A DNA stretch of 64,000 bases from Lingula anatina (Eukaryota > Animalia > Brachiopoda): contig CM120646.1 of assembly GCA_051362555.1 (NCBI GenBank), forward strand, positions 22,754,001 through 22,818,000. The letters are read 5' to 3'. The translations under genes and the position numbers were made by a program. The notes below the pieces were generated by a model. The model was not told the origin of the DNA. It saw nothing but the letters and a program-made list of their open reading frames with translations, and did not search any database. Of the stretch, positions 39,901 through 53,032 are shown piece by piece. How positions within the stretch are numbered: position 1 is the stretch's first letter; each line of letters starts with the position of its first letter.

Positions 39901-42900
39901 GATATGATAAGGCCCCACTGAATAAAAGCCCCCATTTACCAAAGAAATACCCTTTATAAAACAAATTATAAATTAGAAACAAGTGTGTACACCTACTTTC
40001 CTTCCAAAGCCAGATTATTGAGGACAGCAGCGGCATTGGAAGAAATAGCACCACTCTTCTTCATGTGGCGGAACAGGCAAGACACCAGTCTGGAAAACAA
40101 AATAAATTCTAACAAATACTAAAGATTAATCTGTTAAAATCCATGATAACTGATTATATCACTAAATTATTTTCTACCAGTGTTTCCCATATATATAGTG
40201 AAACACACAGTGGCACAGCGAATAGAAATGCCCTAAACACTGTCTTTAGCAAGGTAAAGCTTGTCTAACAAGTACAAAGAACAATTACTGAAGAAAAAAC
40301 TTTACCTGGACATCTCCATGGTGACCAGTATCTTCTGTCTCCCCACACCATACTGTGACAGAGTGAACAGAAATGTCATAAAGGAGGCCTTCAGGGATGC
40401 CAGCCCTTTCTTTTTGGCCGAGAGAAAACCAAGAACATGTAGAGGAAAGTCTGGCACTTCCATCACCTGTTTCTGGTTTTCCTCTGAAAGACAAATTAAA
40501 TATATGTTTGCATCATAAATCAAGGTAAATGTTAGATTCTGGCTGATGTAAGGCAGATCCATATTAGGGTAATATTTACTAACAGCCACTTGAGAAGAGC
40601 AGAGAAAGAGAGAGCAGCCAAGAAATTTTCACGCAGTATTATGCCTTTATATTGGTATTTCCATATTATTGATACATGTATGTACCTCCTTTCAATAGAT
40701 TTACCATTAATATCAGTGCAGTTACCCTTGTGGCTGCATTCTATAACATCAAAACAGGAAAACTGCAACATCTGTCCACGTTTATATTTAGCAAAGTGGT
40801 AAAAATGTATTAACATTGCCTCTGAAGTGAATGTATGTAAATTAACATTACCATTATCAATATATGCACACTGTATTAACATTACCATTGTCGATACAAG
40901 CAGCAGTATACATATCAGCAGCAGCACAGCACAATTCCACCTCATCTGGCTTCAATACATCAGCAGTGGAAGAAATACACCTAAAACAGATAGACAGCCA
41001 TTAGCTAACTCTACCCTAGCAAGTGTTAGCCAAATGTTAAACTTATCCTGATTAACTTCAACTAGCTAACTCTACCTAGCAAGTGTTAGCCAAATGTTAA
41101 ACTTATCCTGATTAACTTCAACCAGCTAACTCTACCCTAGCAAGTGTTAGTCAAGTGTTAAACTTATCCTCACCAACTTTAGCTTGCTTCATCAAGACAA
41201 ATCACTAATAATGGGCCTATCTACATAAAAATAGACTGCTAAATGACAAACATACCTGGAGAGCACATGGTGATTTTTAAGAAGATCCAGTCCCCCATTA
41301 AGTCTAAAAACTGTCCTCTCATTGGCTGCAGTTGAAATAATTAAAGGTCATCAGCAACAAACAAAACATCCAATAAAACAGCAATAACATAGTGATGAAA
41401 GTATTTTTCATTGCATTTAGACTATATAAAAAAATTGATCAAAATGAATACTGAAAAGTTTCATCCATGCTGTGCAAATCTCTAAGCAGAATATTAAGTA
41501 GTTGAAAAGAAAGACAAAAGTGCCCTTACTGTTCACCAGGAAGTTGACAGCCACCCTCATCCCTCCACAGTAGAACACCGTAGGCTGGTCTGTCCTCTGT
41601 AGTTTCTGTATCACCTCGTGGATTGTCTTGGTTTCTTCATCTCCAGACTCAAACACGGATAGGGCCGTCGCCTCCTCCTCTTCTGACCTCCGCGCTAGCT
41701 CCACTTCTGCTATGTAGTCTGAGAAAAGAAGAAAGTACAGACAAACTGAGGGGATGTGCATGACTCAATACAAACAATGCTATCTTCTGCGATGTAATCT
41801 AATGAGAAAGAAATAAAATTTGTGACAAGGTTGAAAATAATAAAAAACACTCATGCAAAGACAAATATTCACATTTATCATTGTTTAATTTAATTTATCG
41901 TCATCATTGGGCCTTAAGTGCAATGCCTTCAACCATTCAAAAAAACAAAACCCATAATAATAATAAAAAAGTTCGTAACTCACCATTTATGACTTTCTCC
42001 TTTGTTGGGTCTATTTTTCTGGCTTTCTCATAACTTTCCACAGCAGCGTCATAATTCTTTAGTCCCAGGTAAGCTTTTCCTTGGTGTATGTAAGCTTTGA
42101 GGCAATTTTCAAATACCTGAAAACATAAACTACCAGTCCATTAAAGTTCTCCAGATAAACTACCCGTCCATGAAATCATCATTTTAAACCTCTGTAATCA
42201 AAGCCTATGAAAAAACTTTAAATAAAGCAAAGTTATAATATCCAGATTTCAACACACCATAACAAATTGGCATATTATAAGCATGGTTTTCAATACATAA
42301 TATTCAACTCAGATGTGCTGAAAACTCTATTAAAAAAAAGACAGACAATCAGACAGGCAGTTATTAAATTTAAGACTGAAGAGCTTTTGCCAGATGGACA
42401 GTAAATTCAAAAAGCTTTCAGTTGTCTCTAAATTTTTGCCATTCTCTTGGACCAATTGAACACAATTTTCTACCAGTCACTTAAAATTTTATCAGCCATG
42501 ACTAAGAGGCCTGACAGTTTCAGCATGTCTGTCAACTATGAAATCCTTCTGCCTGTCTCCTTACCCTAATGGCCCAGTCACAGTCTTTCAAGGCCTCTTC
42601 ATACCTCCCCAGTTTGTTGTAGGCCTGAGCTCTGTTGGTGTACAGTGCTGTGTTGTCCCTGACTTTTTCTATTGCCTAGAACAAGTAAAACACATTTCAA
42701 TAAAATATCTGATAAAACCTTTTAAAATAAGTATAAGAGAAAATAAACAAAGGCCTTGTCAATCATCACTGACCTGAAAGAAGTCAAATTGCTATTGAAT
42801 AATATTTTAATTTTTCTATGAAGAAGCCTGCATTAGTCATATATAAGCAGCAATATGGCACATAATCATGCATGGCAATTAGTATTGTTACAGTACAAAA

Positions 42901-44691
42901 ATTATTTAGGATATGGAGTAAAAAAGAAACAAATAATAAACAGGGCATCGTCCCACCTGAGTATACAACTGTGCTGCCTTTTCATAGTTTCCCTGCCTAA
43001 ACTCCACATTGCCCTTTTCCTTTATTTCATTTGCTTCTTTCATGTTCTTTTGTCTCCTCCGTCCTCTTTCTTCTGCATCTTTCTCCAGGGCTGACATGAA
43101 AGCCTCTGTAAATACCATCAGTATCAATATTTATAAATATGTTAACATGTCTATGAATGATTTTTTTTCCCTCAAAGGGCATAGAAGGCTGCTAGTTTAT
43201 GGCCCCATTCTGAATAGAGGACTAACTAGTCCGAGGGTCAAATACGACAACCCACTAAAAAGCTTGTTGTCTAATCTGCTAATAGACACTGAATAGATAT
43301 CCCGTGGGGAAAGCATTTAAGTCGGCCATATTTGACCCGCAGACTTGTAAGTCCCCTATTCTGAATGGGGCCTTTGATCAAAGTTAACAGAAAGAAAAGT
43401 TTAAGGTCAATGGTGAGAGTGTCTACTAGAGCCGAGATTCAATAGTGCTGATCAGTTAAAAGGTGTCACATGTCATCCTGTCCCCTACTATTATTACGTA
43501 CCTTGTGACATCCCATCTTGGACAACAGGAGGAGAGTCATCAAAAGCTGCCTGGTTGATTACTGATCTGTTCACTCCTGTAGGACAAAACATAACAATAT
43601 TTTATACATGTTATATACCTCGACTGACAACAGTTATTAGACAGAGAAGGAGTTCCAATGTATGATGATATAGAAAGCTAAATGGCTTTAGACGAAGAAT
43701 GTTTTTATAATGTTATGAAAAAATATTTCCTTACAGATTCTATATGAATTTTAAGTTTATAAGTGAAAATCTTTAGTGTAAAACTACCTGTTCTGTCTGG
43801 GGCAGGATGCTTTTTCTTCTTTTCATCTTTGGCTGTCTCCTTGATTTTAGAAAGTTCAGCTAGCAGCTGATCTGCTTTCTGTTGTGCTGCTCCACGCTCA
43901 TCATCGTCGCCTGCACTCAGGCCTTTAATTACTGCCTCTGGAAGTCAAATTAAACAAGACGATTAGTAGGGAAAGGTGGTAAATCCTGAGAGAATCAATC
44001 TTCATTCTAATTTCTTATTATTTTAATAACCATACACTTTATTAATTAAGAAGTCTTTTACAAAGCTGACAATATTACAAACTGTTTTAGTTCATTTCAC
44101 AATTGTCATAATTTTTTTAGTATCTGCACAATATTAAATTTAATCACTAATTTTTCAGCACATTGCATTTTATTTTTTCCTAATAATTATGTTAAAATGA
44201 GTAATAAATGGATCTTGACAAGAGTTATTATAGACAGGAGTAGGACTAGTTGTTGGTCCATAGATTTCACACCTTGAACAAGAACCCTGATGACGAGTTA
44301 ACAACTGTCAAAAACATAAGACCCAGGTGTGGTGGATCGACTACATTTACTGTTCATAAGTCTAAGTCCTAATTGGCCGTGAAGGTAACAAATTAAAATC
44401 CGTTAGTGACGGTAATCCAATCATATAAGTAGCGCGTTTTCACCCCCGCTGATTTTTCTTATAATGACGCTAAAATTAATGAATCTTGAACTGAAATCCA
44501 ATGCCTTGGCTTGGTTAGATTTCCTGAACTTCGGATCACACTGCCTAAAAAGGAGCTAAAAAAGACATAAAGAAAATAGCACACAAGGACCATCGGTAAC
44601 ATAGTTTTATCTACCAAGCACAAAACTGATAAAATTTACCTATACTATCAACTTTGCTCAGGAAAGATTCGAGATCCTTCGGATCCCCCAT
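36989..44691 (-). CDS. TTC12: Tetratricopeptide repeat protein 12 (TPR + ARM; axonemal dynein assembly factor), about 721 aa
   Basis: 17 exons: 44691-44640, 43937-43788, 43576-43502, 43105-42957, 42675-42565, 42116-41984, 41718-41530, 41325-41256, 40980-40886, 40483-40306, 40089-39997, 39552-39489, 39174-39043, 38661-38380, 38024-37928, 37538-37316, 37061-36989 (TGA), total 2166 nt. N-terminus [30 protein letters not shown], TPRs ([29 protein letters not shown]), [13 protein letters not shown]-terminus [16 protein letters not shown]. Minus-strand AATAAA at about 36598-36603. Confidence 0.93.
41002..41180. repeat. 60-61-bp tandem repeat, about 3 copies, in a TTC12 intron next to an acceptor
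   Basis: Unit AGCTAACTCTACCCTAGCAAGTGTTAGCCAAATGTTAAACTTATCCTGATTAACTTCAAC. Confidence 0.9.
43201..43372 (+). mobile_element. MITE family B copy in a TTC12 intron
   Basis: GGCCCCATTCTGAATAG...CTATTCTGAATGGGGCC. Homologous to 22506-22680. Confidence 0.87.
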
Positions 44692-44711
44692 GTCGTAAAC
44701 TGACCGCTCGT

Positions 44712-44726
44712 GTTTTCATCGACAAC
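44712..44726. promoter_or_regulatory. Candidate RFX X-box next to the TTC12 start
   Basis: GTTTTC-ATC-GACAAC fits GTHNYY-N(0-3)-RRNAAC and lies about 20 bp upstream of the TTC12 ATG. Confidence 0.5.
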
Positions 44727-45377
44727 GACCTTCACCTTGACACAGTAACGCAACGTACAAATCTTAAAATTGAGAAAAATAGAGAAAAACTGTGTCAATT
44801 ACTGATATTTTTTAGACAATGTTAAGGAGATTTAAAAATATGCACCAGCAAATTAATCAATTCTTCATAATGATTAGAGAAAAGTTCACTAAGCTTTCAA
44901 GTCCTGCCACCTATCGACGATATATAACTAAACATACGGGCATCTAAATTCTTAACAACATGAAAACAATATTGTGCGGTTCGTGCAGTTGAAGGTAAGA
45001 TTTTGGTGAAATATTCAAATCAGAGAGTACTCTTTACGAACACTAAATAGCACAACATATAAATTATTCACAAGGTGCGAAAGAGAAGATAAGAGGCTTG
45101 TGAACTTTACGTATTTTTCTCAAATCATCATTTGAAATTTGACGACTTCTTCTGATTCATTCAGTCACTGACTTGACATGACGTTTTATTAACAAAATTT
45201 ATTTAGTATTTGAAACATTTCTTTAAAAAACGTGTCAGTACATGTCTTTTTTGGAATTTCTTATGGAACTTGAAATGATTTAAAGCTAGGTCATGACAGG
45301 TTGTGTAGAATATTTTATGCTGGTGTTTTTACCAGCTACTAAGCTTGGTTATACACTTTAGTGCCTCCGTACGTTTC

Positions 45378-45391
45378 ATTGCTATGAAAAC
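45378..45391. promoter_or_regulatory. Candidate RFX X-box upstream of IFT57
   Basis: ATTGCTATGAAAAC fits RYYNYY-WW-RRNRAC and lies about 250 bp before the IFT57 ATG. Confidence 0.55.
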
Positions 45392-45636
45392 TAGTAAAAC
45401 ATTGTTAGAATACCTCAGTACAGACGATTAAAGCCTTACAGTTATTTACCTTAAATTATCCATTCAGATATGATTTCAATTACAGTAATTGATAAAGCAT
45501 TTTTATCAACTATACATACTGGTATTGTACTTTAAGCCTATTATGTGAATTTAATAAAATAATTTATTTTATTAAAATAATGAACAAATTTTTCAGCGCA
45601 GTTATAAGTTTTTCAAAGTCAGACAGAGTTTAAACC

Positions 45637-48064
45637 ATGAGTGACGACCGTAGACGAGGAGAGGATGCTGACGGGGACGGGGGCCCTGGTGCCCTCTATA
45701 TGCCATATGTACAGATGGAGGACCTCCTAGACAAACTGAAACTCATGGACTATGAGAAGGAGTTTTGCAAAGAGTTTGGGTTCAAACCATTCTCAAGGTG
45801 TTTTGTGTGATTTAGGCTATTGATATCAATTAGAGATAGTAATAGTTTAGTTATCGTGAGATTATATATTGCAAACACATTTGTTAGACTACTAGTAAAG
45901 ATCAAGGTACATGTAGCTATGTGCATTTAATAATTCTGTAAAATTATTTGCAGCATTTAGGCTGTTTTGATCTTAACTGAAAACTGACTATTGTTACGTA
46001 TGTTGATTCAGCGTTAGGTTCTGACTAAATTCCTGATATGGCCTTTTGATTTTCACATTAATGGTAATATTTTTTATACCTGTAAATGATATTGCTGACA
46101 ACAGTATTCCTGGCTGTAGTAATATGATATCCAATGTTTTCAGACACTACTTTGCTCTCCCCACCAACCCTGGTGAGCAGTTCTTTGCATTTACCTCATT
46201 AGCAGCGTGGCTGTTCCGTAAGACAGGAACGCAGTTTGATCAGCCACAGGAATACGATGACCCAAATGCCACAATATCCAGTATACTTGATGCCTTAAGG
46301 AGCTTTGTAAGTGAACTTGTTGTTTCAGATTCATTGTGAACTTTATGTTATTTTGATTCGATCTTAATGTAATAAACAGCTGCCAACTTCTATTCAATTT
46401 TAGCATATTTTGGCTATTTCTTTTGTTGTTTAATTGTATTATTAATTTCACATTCAAGAAAAGATCAGAGCATTTTGACTAAATTGCAATAAGTTGATTA
46501 CTCTGATATACAAGACGTATAAAATGATGAAATGTTGTGCAATGATATTTTATCATTGTCACAGGACCACTCTGTGAAAAACATCTGGGTAATTTTACTT
46601 CTGGTTCTGAATAGAGTTAATAACCCTGATATGCTAGGTATTAGATTAAATTAATAATTAAATTTTTTGAAAATAAAAATGATTAAATAACTAAAAAAAT
46701 TGCACCACTGTTTCAGGGTCACTCAGTGGACTTCCCTCCGTCCAAGTTAAAGCAGGGCTGTGGAGAGCAGTGTATCTATGTCCTGGCACGAGCCTCAGAT
46801 GAAGCCTTGAAGAAAACAGGATTCAGCTGGAAAAAGTAAGGCTTAAGAATACGAAAAACCATATGGTTTGCTGGCACTGTTAATTAATATAATGATAAAA
46901 ATTTGTCATCAAATTCAGCTCATTACATCCTCTATAAATGCTTGGAACTGAAGACAGCAGTCTCAAACTATTTGTTAGGCCTATCTCGTTAATTGCAACT
47001 TTTGAAAAAAGTATAAAAAAATATGGTAAAAAATCATCTACTAAATAAAGTTTGAAGCAAACATTACAATTATCAAAAGAAAAATGGTCACAGTGATCAT
47101 TTTACTACTACCAGTGTAACTACTACTACCACTACAGTACTACTGCTGGTGCTGCTATAAGCCCCATAGTTTGTATAAACTTTCTTCATTTCAAATCTCC
47201 CTGTTGAAAAAAAAAACTTATACCACAATGGTATTTTCTGTCTCACGGTCGCTTAGCAGAAAACCTATGTAGTGATGACAGATCAAATCAAAACAGTGAT
47301 GTTTAACTGTAGACAAGCTACAAAAAGTAAGTGATTTAATGTATTGCTATCTCCAGACCTATTTACCCAGAAGAAGAGCAAGAGGAGGATAATGTCGTGG
47401 AGGATGAATCTGAATTAAATCTTCAGAAAGTGGAGGATGAAATGATGGCGGTAAGGGAGACCTTTTTTTTTCTGACAATCAAATAATGAACATTATGGTT
47501 TGCCAGTGATCTAAAAAGATTACTTAATGGATGGGAAAGAGGCTTTCTTAATTTTTCCATTTACAAACTTTATATGGTATGATCACAGATGATCTTGTTT
47601 GTTTAAAAATTAACATTGACCTCTTTACAATAGTTCATAGTTTTATCCAGACTCTACTCCTGTGTTATTATAAAATTATCTTATATAATGCCTAGATTTA
47701 ACACAGAGTCCAATGAACATTTCAAAATCTATTTATATGTATGTGCCCCTTTTGTTTCACAATTGTATTTTCACATTCAGGATGACACTGAAGAAGAATT
47801 TGAAGAAGAAGAACATTTACTGGACTTGGGAGGCATGGGGATGTCTAAGGTTGGTTTAATAGGCTCAGTTAACTGACATTTTATGTAACATAATTTGCTT
47901 TGATTTTTTTTTTTTTTTTTTTTTTTTTTATTGAAAAATTTCAGTATAAGAAATTACATATACCCAAGTATGGTAAATGTACACTGCACACTCACTCTCT
48001 CTCTCACACACACTCTCTCTCTCACACACACGAATATAAGTTTATAATCTCATGAACAATAGGT

Positions 48065-48111
<47 letters not shown>

Positions 48112-49582
48112 GATCGATACCACAATGTATTCATCCATAACTACAACATATTATTAAACAAGCAAAAAGTGCAAAATATTAGTTTGCTGAAGCTAATTAA
48201 ATTCAAACATGTCTGACCAATTTTCCCATTTTTTTTCAAAGTTTGTTAAATTTAGCTTTTTTAATGCATTGAATTAAAAAGGAAAGGATCAGTTTATAAT
48301 AGAAAAATTCAATTTGCTTTGATTTTTAATAAATCTTTCCATTCACTCTTATAATTTTATTGATAAAAGGTAGTTCTGGTATCTTTCTTTTATTTTAAGT
48401 TATTGACTTCTGAATTGACTGAAAATAACTGCAGGTAGCAAAACTTGAATCTAACATCTAATCACAATAAATAGGCAATTCAGCACAAACAGTATTTTAT
48501 CTCAGAGTGAATAAAATCAACAACTGAAAAATTGTCAATATATGTTATGTTTCTCTTCTATTTGAGTTTCTAATCAGGAATACCATGCTGATATAGACTA
48601 CTTGTCTCTGACATTATTGAAGAAGAAAAGAGTACCTTTATCTTATGTCAAACCTAGTAGATACCATATCATAGTTTGAATAATTTGCCAGACGAGAGTG
48701 AAAAAAAAAAGAGAATAAGATAAATGTTTAAAAATGGATTAATGTTCTCTGCCAGGATTCTGGAGAAGGAGGGAAACCGGAGGAAATCATGGAGTCCAAC
48801 ACTGACGCCCACGAGTGGAAGTTAGAGGTAGAGAGAGTCCAGCCTCAGCTTAAGGTCACAATAAGGACTGACAATAAGGTAACGCCATAGATTACATGGT
48901 TAAGCTTTGTGAATTTTTTAAATTTCTACCTGAGTATATGAATTTAAATCAGTCTAAGGTAACACCATGACTGAAATGGTAAAGATGGCTACATTGTTAT
49001 GTATATTTGGTACATCTTTTTATAATCTGAAACTTTGTAAAGTCCATTATAATTAAGTTTTAATTGTGAATTTTTGTGTTTAATTGCAAATATGAGAAGT
49101 TTAAAACTTACTTTATATCAATGGATTTTAAAGGCAGGTGAAAGAGTTTGGTCAATGTTTTGGCTTTGGTTAAAAGAATATTTTGTATAACCTTGTAGTT
49201 AAAGATCTTAAAGAGTCAAATGGCTAAATGTTTATACGCCAACTTTCACCTCAGGACTGGAGGGTCCACGTGGAACAAATGCACACCCACAAAGACGGCA
49301 TCGAGACATCACTCACAGAGACAAAGACACACTTAGACAAGCTCCACGACGAGATCACGCGGACCCTGGAGAAGATTGGCAGCAGGGAGAAGTACATTAA
49401 CAACCAGCTAGAGCACCTGTTGAATGAGTTCAGGTCCATGCAGGACCAGGCTGCTGAGACCAAGGAGAGGTACAGACAAGGAAGTGGTGGGGTCACTGAG
49501 AGGACGAGGGTGTTAGCAGAGGTAAGTACGCACATGCACATTCATGCATGCATGCACACACATGCACACACACATGTGCGCA

Positions 49583-49628
<46 letters not shown>

Positions 49629-49709
49629 GGAAGTGGTGGAGTCACCAAGAGGACCAAGGTGTGAGCAGAAGTAAGCACCAATCATGCATGAACATGCACA
49701 CATGCACAT

Positions 49710-49746
<37 letters not shown>

Positions 49747-51435
49747 CACACACACACACATAAGCTGTTAACAGAGGACTAGTATAAGGGTATTAGCAGA
49801 AGTAACTAAGTACCTACACTGTACATATGGACACACACACACACACACACACACACAGAGAGAGAAAGAGGAAGAGAGATTGTCAAACACACAAACACAG
49901 TTATACATTTACACATACTGATACCATGTAGTTTTAACAGGTTCACTTTTACACAAAAGTTTGCTCCATGGAAATAATATAATGTAATATTAATATTACA
50001 AGTTTCTGTTGAGGGAAGCAGTAGGATTTCTGTTAACATGCAGGTAACATTACCACTTAGGTATATTGCCCCAGGTTATAGTTTTATATACATCACACTT
50101 AATAGCATTCAGGGAAAAATACCATTTTTAACAAATCGTGTATAAGGGTTTGAGCCTAGGTTTACATGCAGGCACATTGTGTCATGTTAACAGTTAAAGG
50201 TACTGATCTAGGTCACAGTCTCATATGTTCACAGTCACCGTCCTGACAGTTTACTCTGTAGAAATCATATGGTATATTACACATAACAGGGTTGCCAACC
50301 TGTAGATCTGCTGTTACCATATTATTAAATAAAATATAGAAATCAGTACCAGCATTATATAAAATATTAAGACCTGCCATATACTTTGTTATTTATGATA
50401 CAATGATACCTGGAAGTATTGAAATTGATACAGAAATATAATAAACAGCAGTGGTGTGTAAACTTGACAATTTATACCTGTATATGTAAAAAAAATACAC
50501 CAAAACATTTCTCTATAACTGCTTGACTACCATAATAAGCAAGTCAGAATACGGTAATTTTTACTTTAATGAACCCTTAAGGCACTATTTGTTTTTTTAA
50601 ATACATTTTTGGCTATTGAAATTATATGGTTTAATTATTATAGAAAATGTTAAATTTTGGTAACTAGGTAACAGAGGAGTTGGAGAGAGTGAAGATGGAG
50701 ATGGAGGAGAAAGGCAGCAGTATGACAGACGGAGGTGGGTGTCCTTGCTTCACTGGACATTGGGAACATTCAGAACTAGTTGATCCATGGACTAACAGAT
50801 CTAACTAACACTTGAAAGCTTGCTGCATAATCCCCTAATAGACACTGACAAAATTTTCTGTAGGGATTACACAGTAAGCTTTCAAGTAGGTCAGCCATAT
50901 TTGACCAAGGGATCTGGTAGTCTGCAGTTCAGCTTTGGTTGTGAAAGCTCCCTTTGTCTCTCCCTTTATGCAGTTCACTGTATCAGTTTGGGGTGTTAAC
51001 ATACCTGCCTTAAAGCAGTTCAAATGCCTCTCTTAATGCATTTTTAAAGTGGCCTGTCCAATAGTGGATAATTAAGTGGTTGTATTAATCAATCTTTTCC
51101 CCTTATCTTTAGATTTCCTCTTTTGTAATTTTTCATCCCGATAAGTATCTGAGGTCTACCAGCCTAGGTGACTGCTTATCTGAGAGCTCAAGACACGGGT
51201 TGCTTACACTTAAATCTTTAGGTTATTAACATGCTGCCATCTCTCTTCCATTCCAGCCCCCCTGGTCAATATAAAGAAGGCAATAGCCAAGATCAAACAG
51301 GACATGAACCAGATGGACATTAGGACTGGTGTTGTAGAGCACATACTACTACAGGCTAGGCTTAAAGACAAGAATGATGGCGGAACAGGACTGGATAATG
51401 AGGCTGATAGTGACTTTGAGTACAAGGCATATTGA
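45637..51435 (+). CDS. IFT57: Intraflagellar transport protein 57 (about 413 aa)
   Basis: Exons: 45637-45797, 46144-46306, 46717-46835, 47357-47450, 47781-47849, 48756-48878, 49255-49521, 50668-50734, 51257-51435 (TGA), total 1242 nt. Motifs: MEDLLDKLKLMDY, HYFALPTNPGEQF, QEYDDPNATI, FPPSKLKQG, WKLEVERVQPQLKVTIRTDNKDWRVHVEQM, LEKIGSREKYINNQLE, SSMTDGAPLV. Confidence 0.96.
49530..49870 (+). repeat. (CA)n tracts interleaved with two degenerate copies of the IFT57 exon-7 end and donor
   Basis: About 49626-49678 and about 49772-49814 resemble 49477-49529. Confidence 0.8.
50767..50930 (+). mobile_element. MITE family B-related degenerate copy
   Basis: CATTCAGAAC...GACTAACAGATCT...TAATAGACACTGA...TTCAAGTAGGTCAGCCATATTTGA. 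Confidence 0.6.
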
Positions 51436-51648
51436 AGACATAAAGTTATTTGGTACATATTTAGGAAGTGTGGACATTTTGTCCTTTCAAAAGGAAAGGA
51501 AAGGGAAAAATGAAAAAAAAAAGTGGAATTGGCCTTGTGAACCTGAGAAACTACACGTCAATTGAAAAACTGAAAATAAATGGCTTTGAAGATATTCTGA
51601 ATCAGAAGAATACAATTTTTTTTAGTTCATTGAGAGATACCTTATTTG

Positions 51649-51650
<2 letters not shown>

Positions 51651-51698
<48 letters not shown>
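51651..51698. repeat. (TA)n microsatellite
   Basis: Directly visible. Confidence 0.95.
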
Positions 51699-51702
<4 letters not shown>

Positions 51703-52815
51703 GATCTCTAAGGATTTTTTCTTTTTGAGAAAGAGACTGGCGTGGGCTAATCTAAGTAGAGAACAAGAAACCAGAGAACGTTGATGTACAACAATTATAG
51801 CAGTGTTATCAAGCTATCTAATGAGTAACACAATAACATCAACTTCAAATACTCGGGGTCTCATCGAATGTCCGTATCTCATAACCTTCCTTATTGTTTG
51901 TGGTATTTGAACTCTGAACAACTTCCTTCTTTGGTGAGTCATCTGTTTTTGTGTAATGTGAAAATTTCCTTTCTTTATCATTAACTTCTGTCAGTTACAT
52001 TTTCAATGCATTACTCAGTTTATTTATATTATAAAAAGCTCTTGAAGGCTAGAGTTCCCAGGCAAAATACAACGAAGGTGCTGCCCCTATCAGCTAGGAA
52101 GTGCAGGGATGCAAAATGCAAGGGAGTAGTGTTACTATACTATAACCTGGACTCACTCCACATTTAGCGGTATATTTTTGCAATATAACTATTGGTACAT
52201 TTTGAGAGGTCGTAATGAAGTTGCGTTACAGGAGGTTTACTCCCTTTCTTAAGTTCTCCGCTAGTTTTATTTAGGTAACTCTTACGTAATAGATGAATAG
52301 ATATTTATTTTTACTGTTTGCTAGCAGAAGGCAATTGATAATATTTTAGCAAAAGCATGCGACACAGTTAATTAAAAAACAAACAAACAAACAAAACAGT
52401 CGATCAAGTGAACAGTCATTTACTTTGCTTTTCTGCCTCCGATGAAATAGTCTGGCTGTTTTGATAAAAACCAACAAGTTGACATTCTCTTGAAGTATCG
52501 CTAAAGTATATCGCTGTTTGTGGAATGGGTCTACACCCCCCCGGTGAACCGCAACTTAAACTTCAATGTGGAAAAGCTAGTGAGTCACGCCTGTCTCTTG
52601 TTAAACTCTGTTCTCTGGCAGACCAAAGGTGTAGACAGTCAATGCCCTTTTTTAGACTTAGAAGCCAATGTTTATGTATTTATAAAAATAAGTTAAAACG
52701 TCATTCATTTCTTTCTCTGAGACGATGCCTATGGCATCTTTACTTTTGACAAACTAGGATAACATAGCCAAATATGTCATGATATTCGGGTACAAATAGG
52801 CGTTAACCGCTCTTT

Positions 52816-53032
52816 GACCCCATTCCCACAGATTTTAGATCGATCTAGCCCTGTGGGGAGTCTCACTAGATTACTGTCAGCTTAGCCGGCTTAAATATCT
52901 GTCGCCTGCCTGCTAAAAGCTGTAAGGGAGTATTTAACTACCGTGCGCGCTCGGCTGACAGCAATTTAGCGTGAACCCCCAGGGAGTTAGGTCGATCTAG
53001 ATGGATCGATCTAAACCTATGGGAATGTAGTC
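52816..53032 (+). mobile_element. MITE family A copy
   Basis: Homologous core GGGGAGTCTCACTAGATTAC...GGAGTTAGGTCGATCTA. TSD TTT. Confidence 0.82.
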
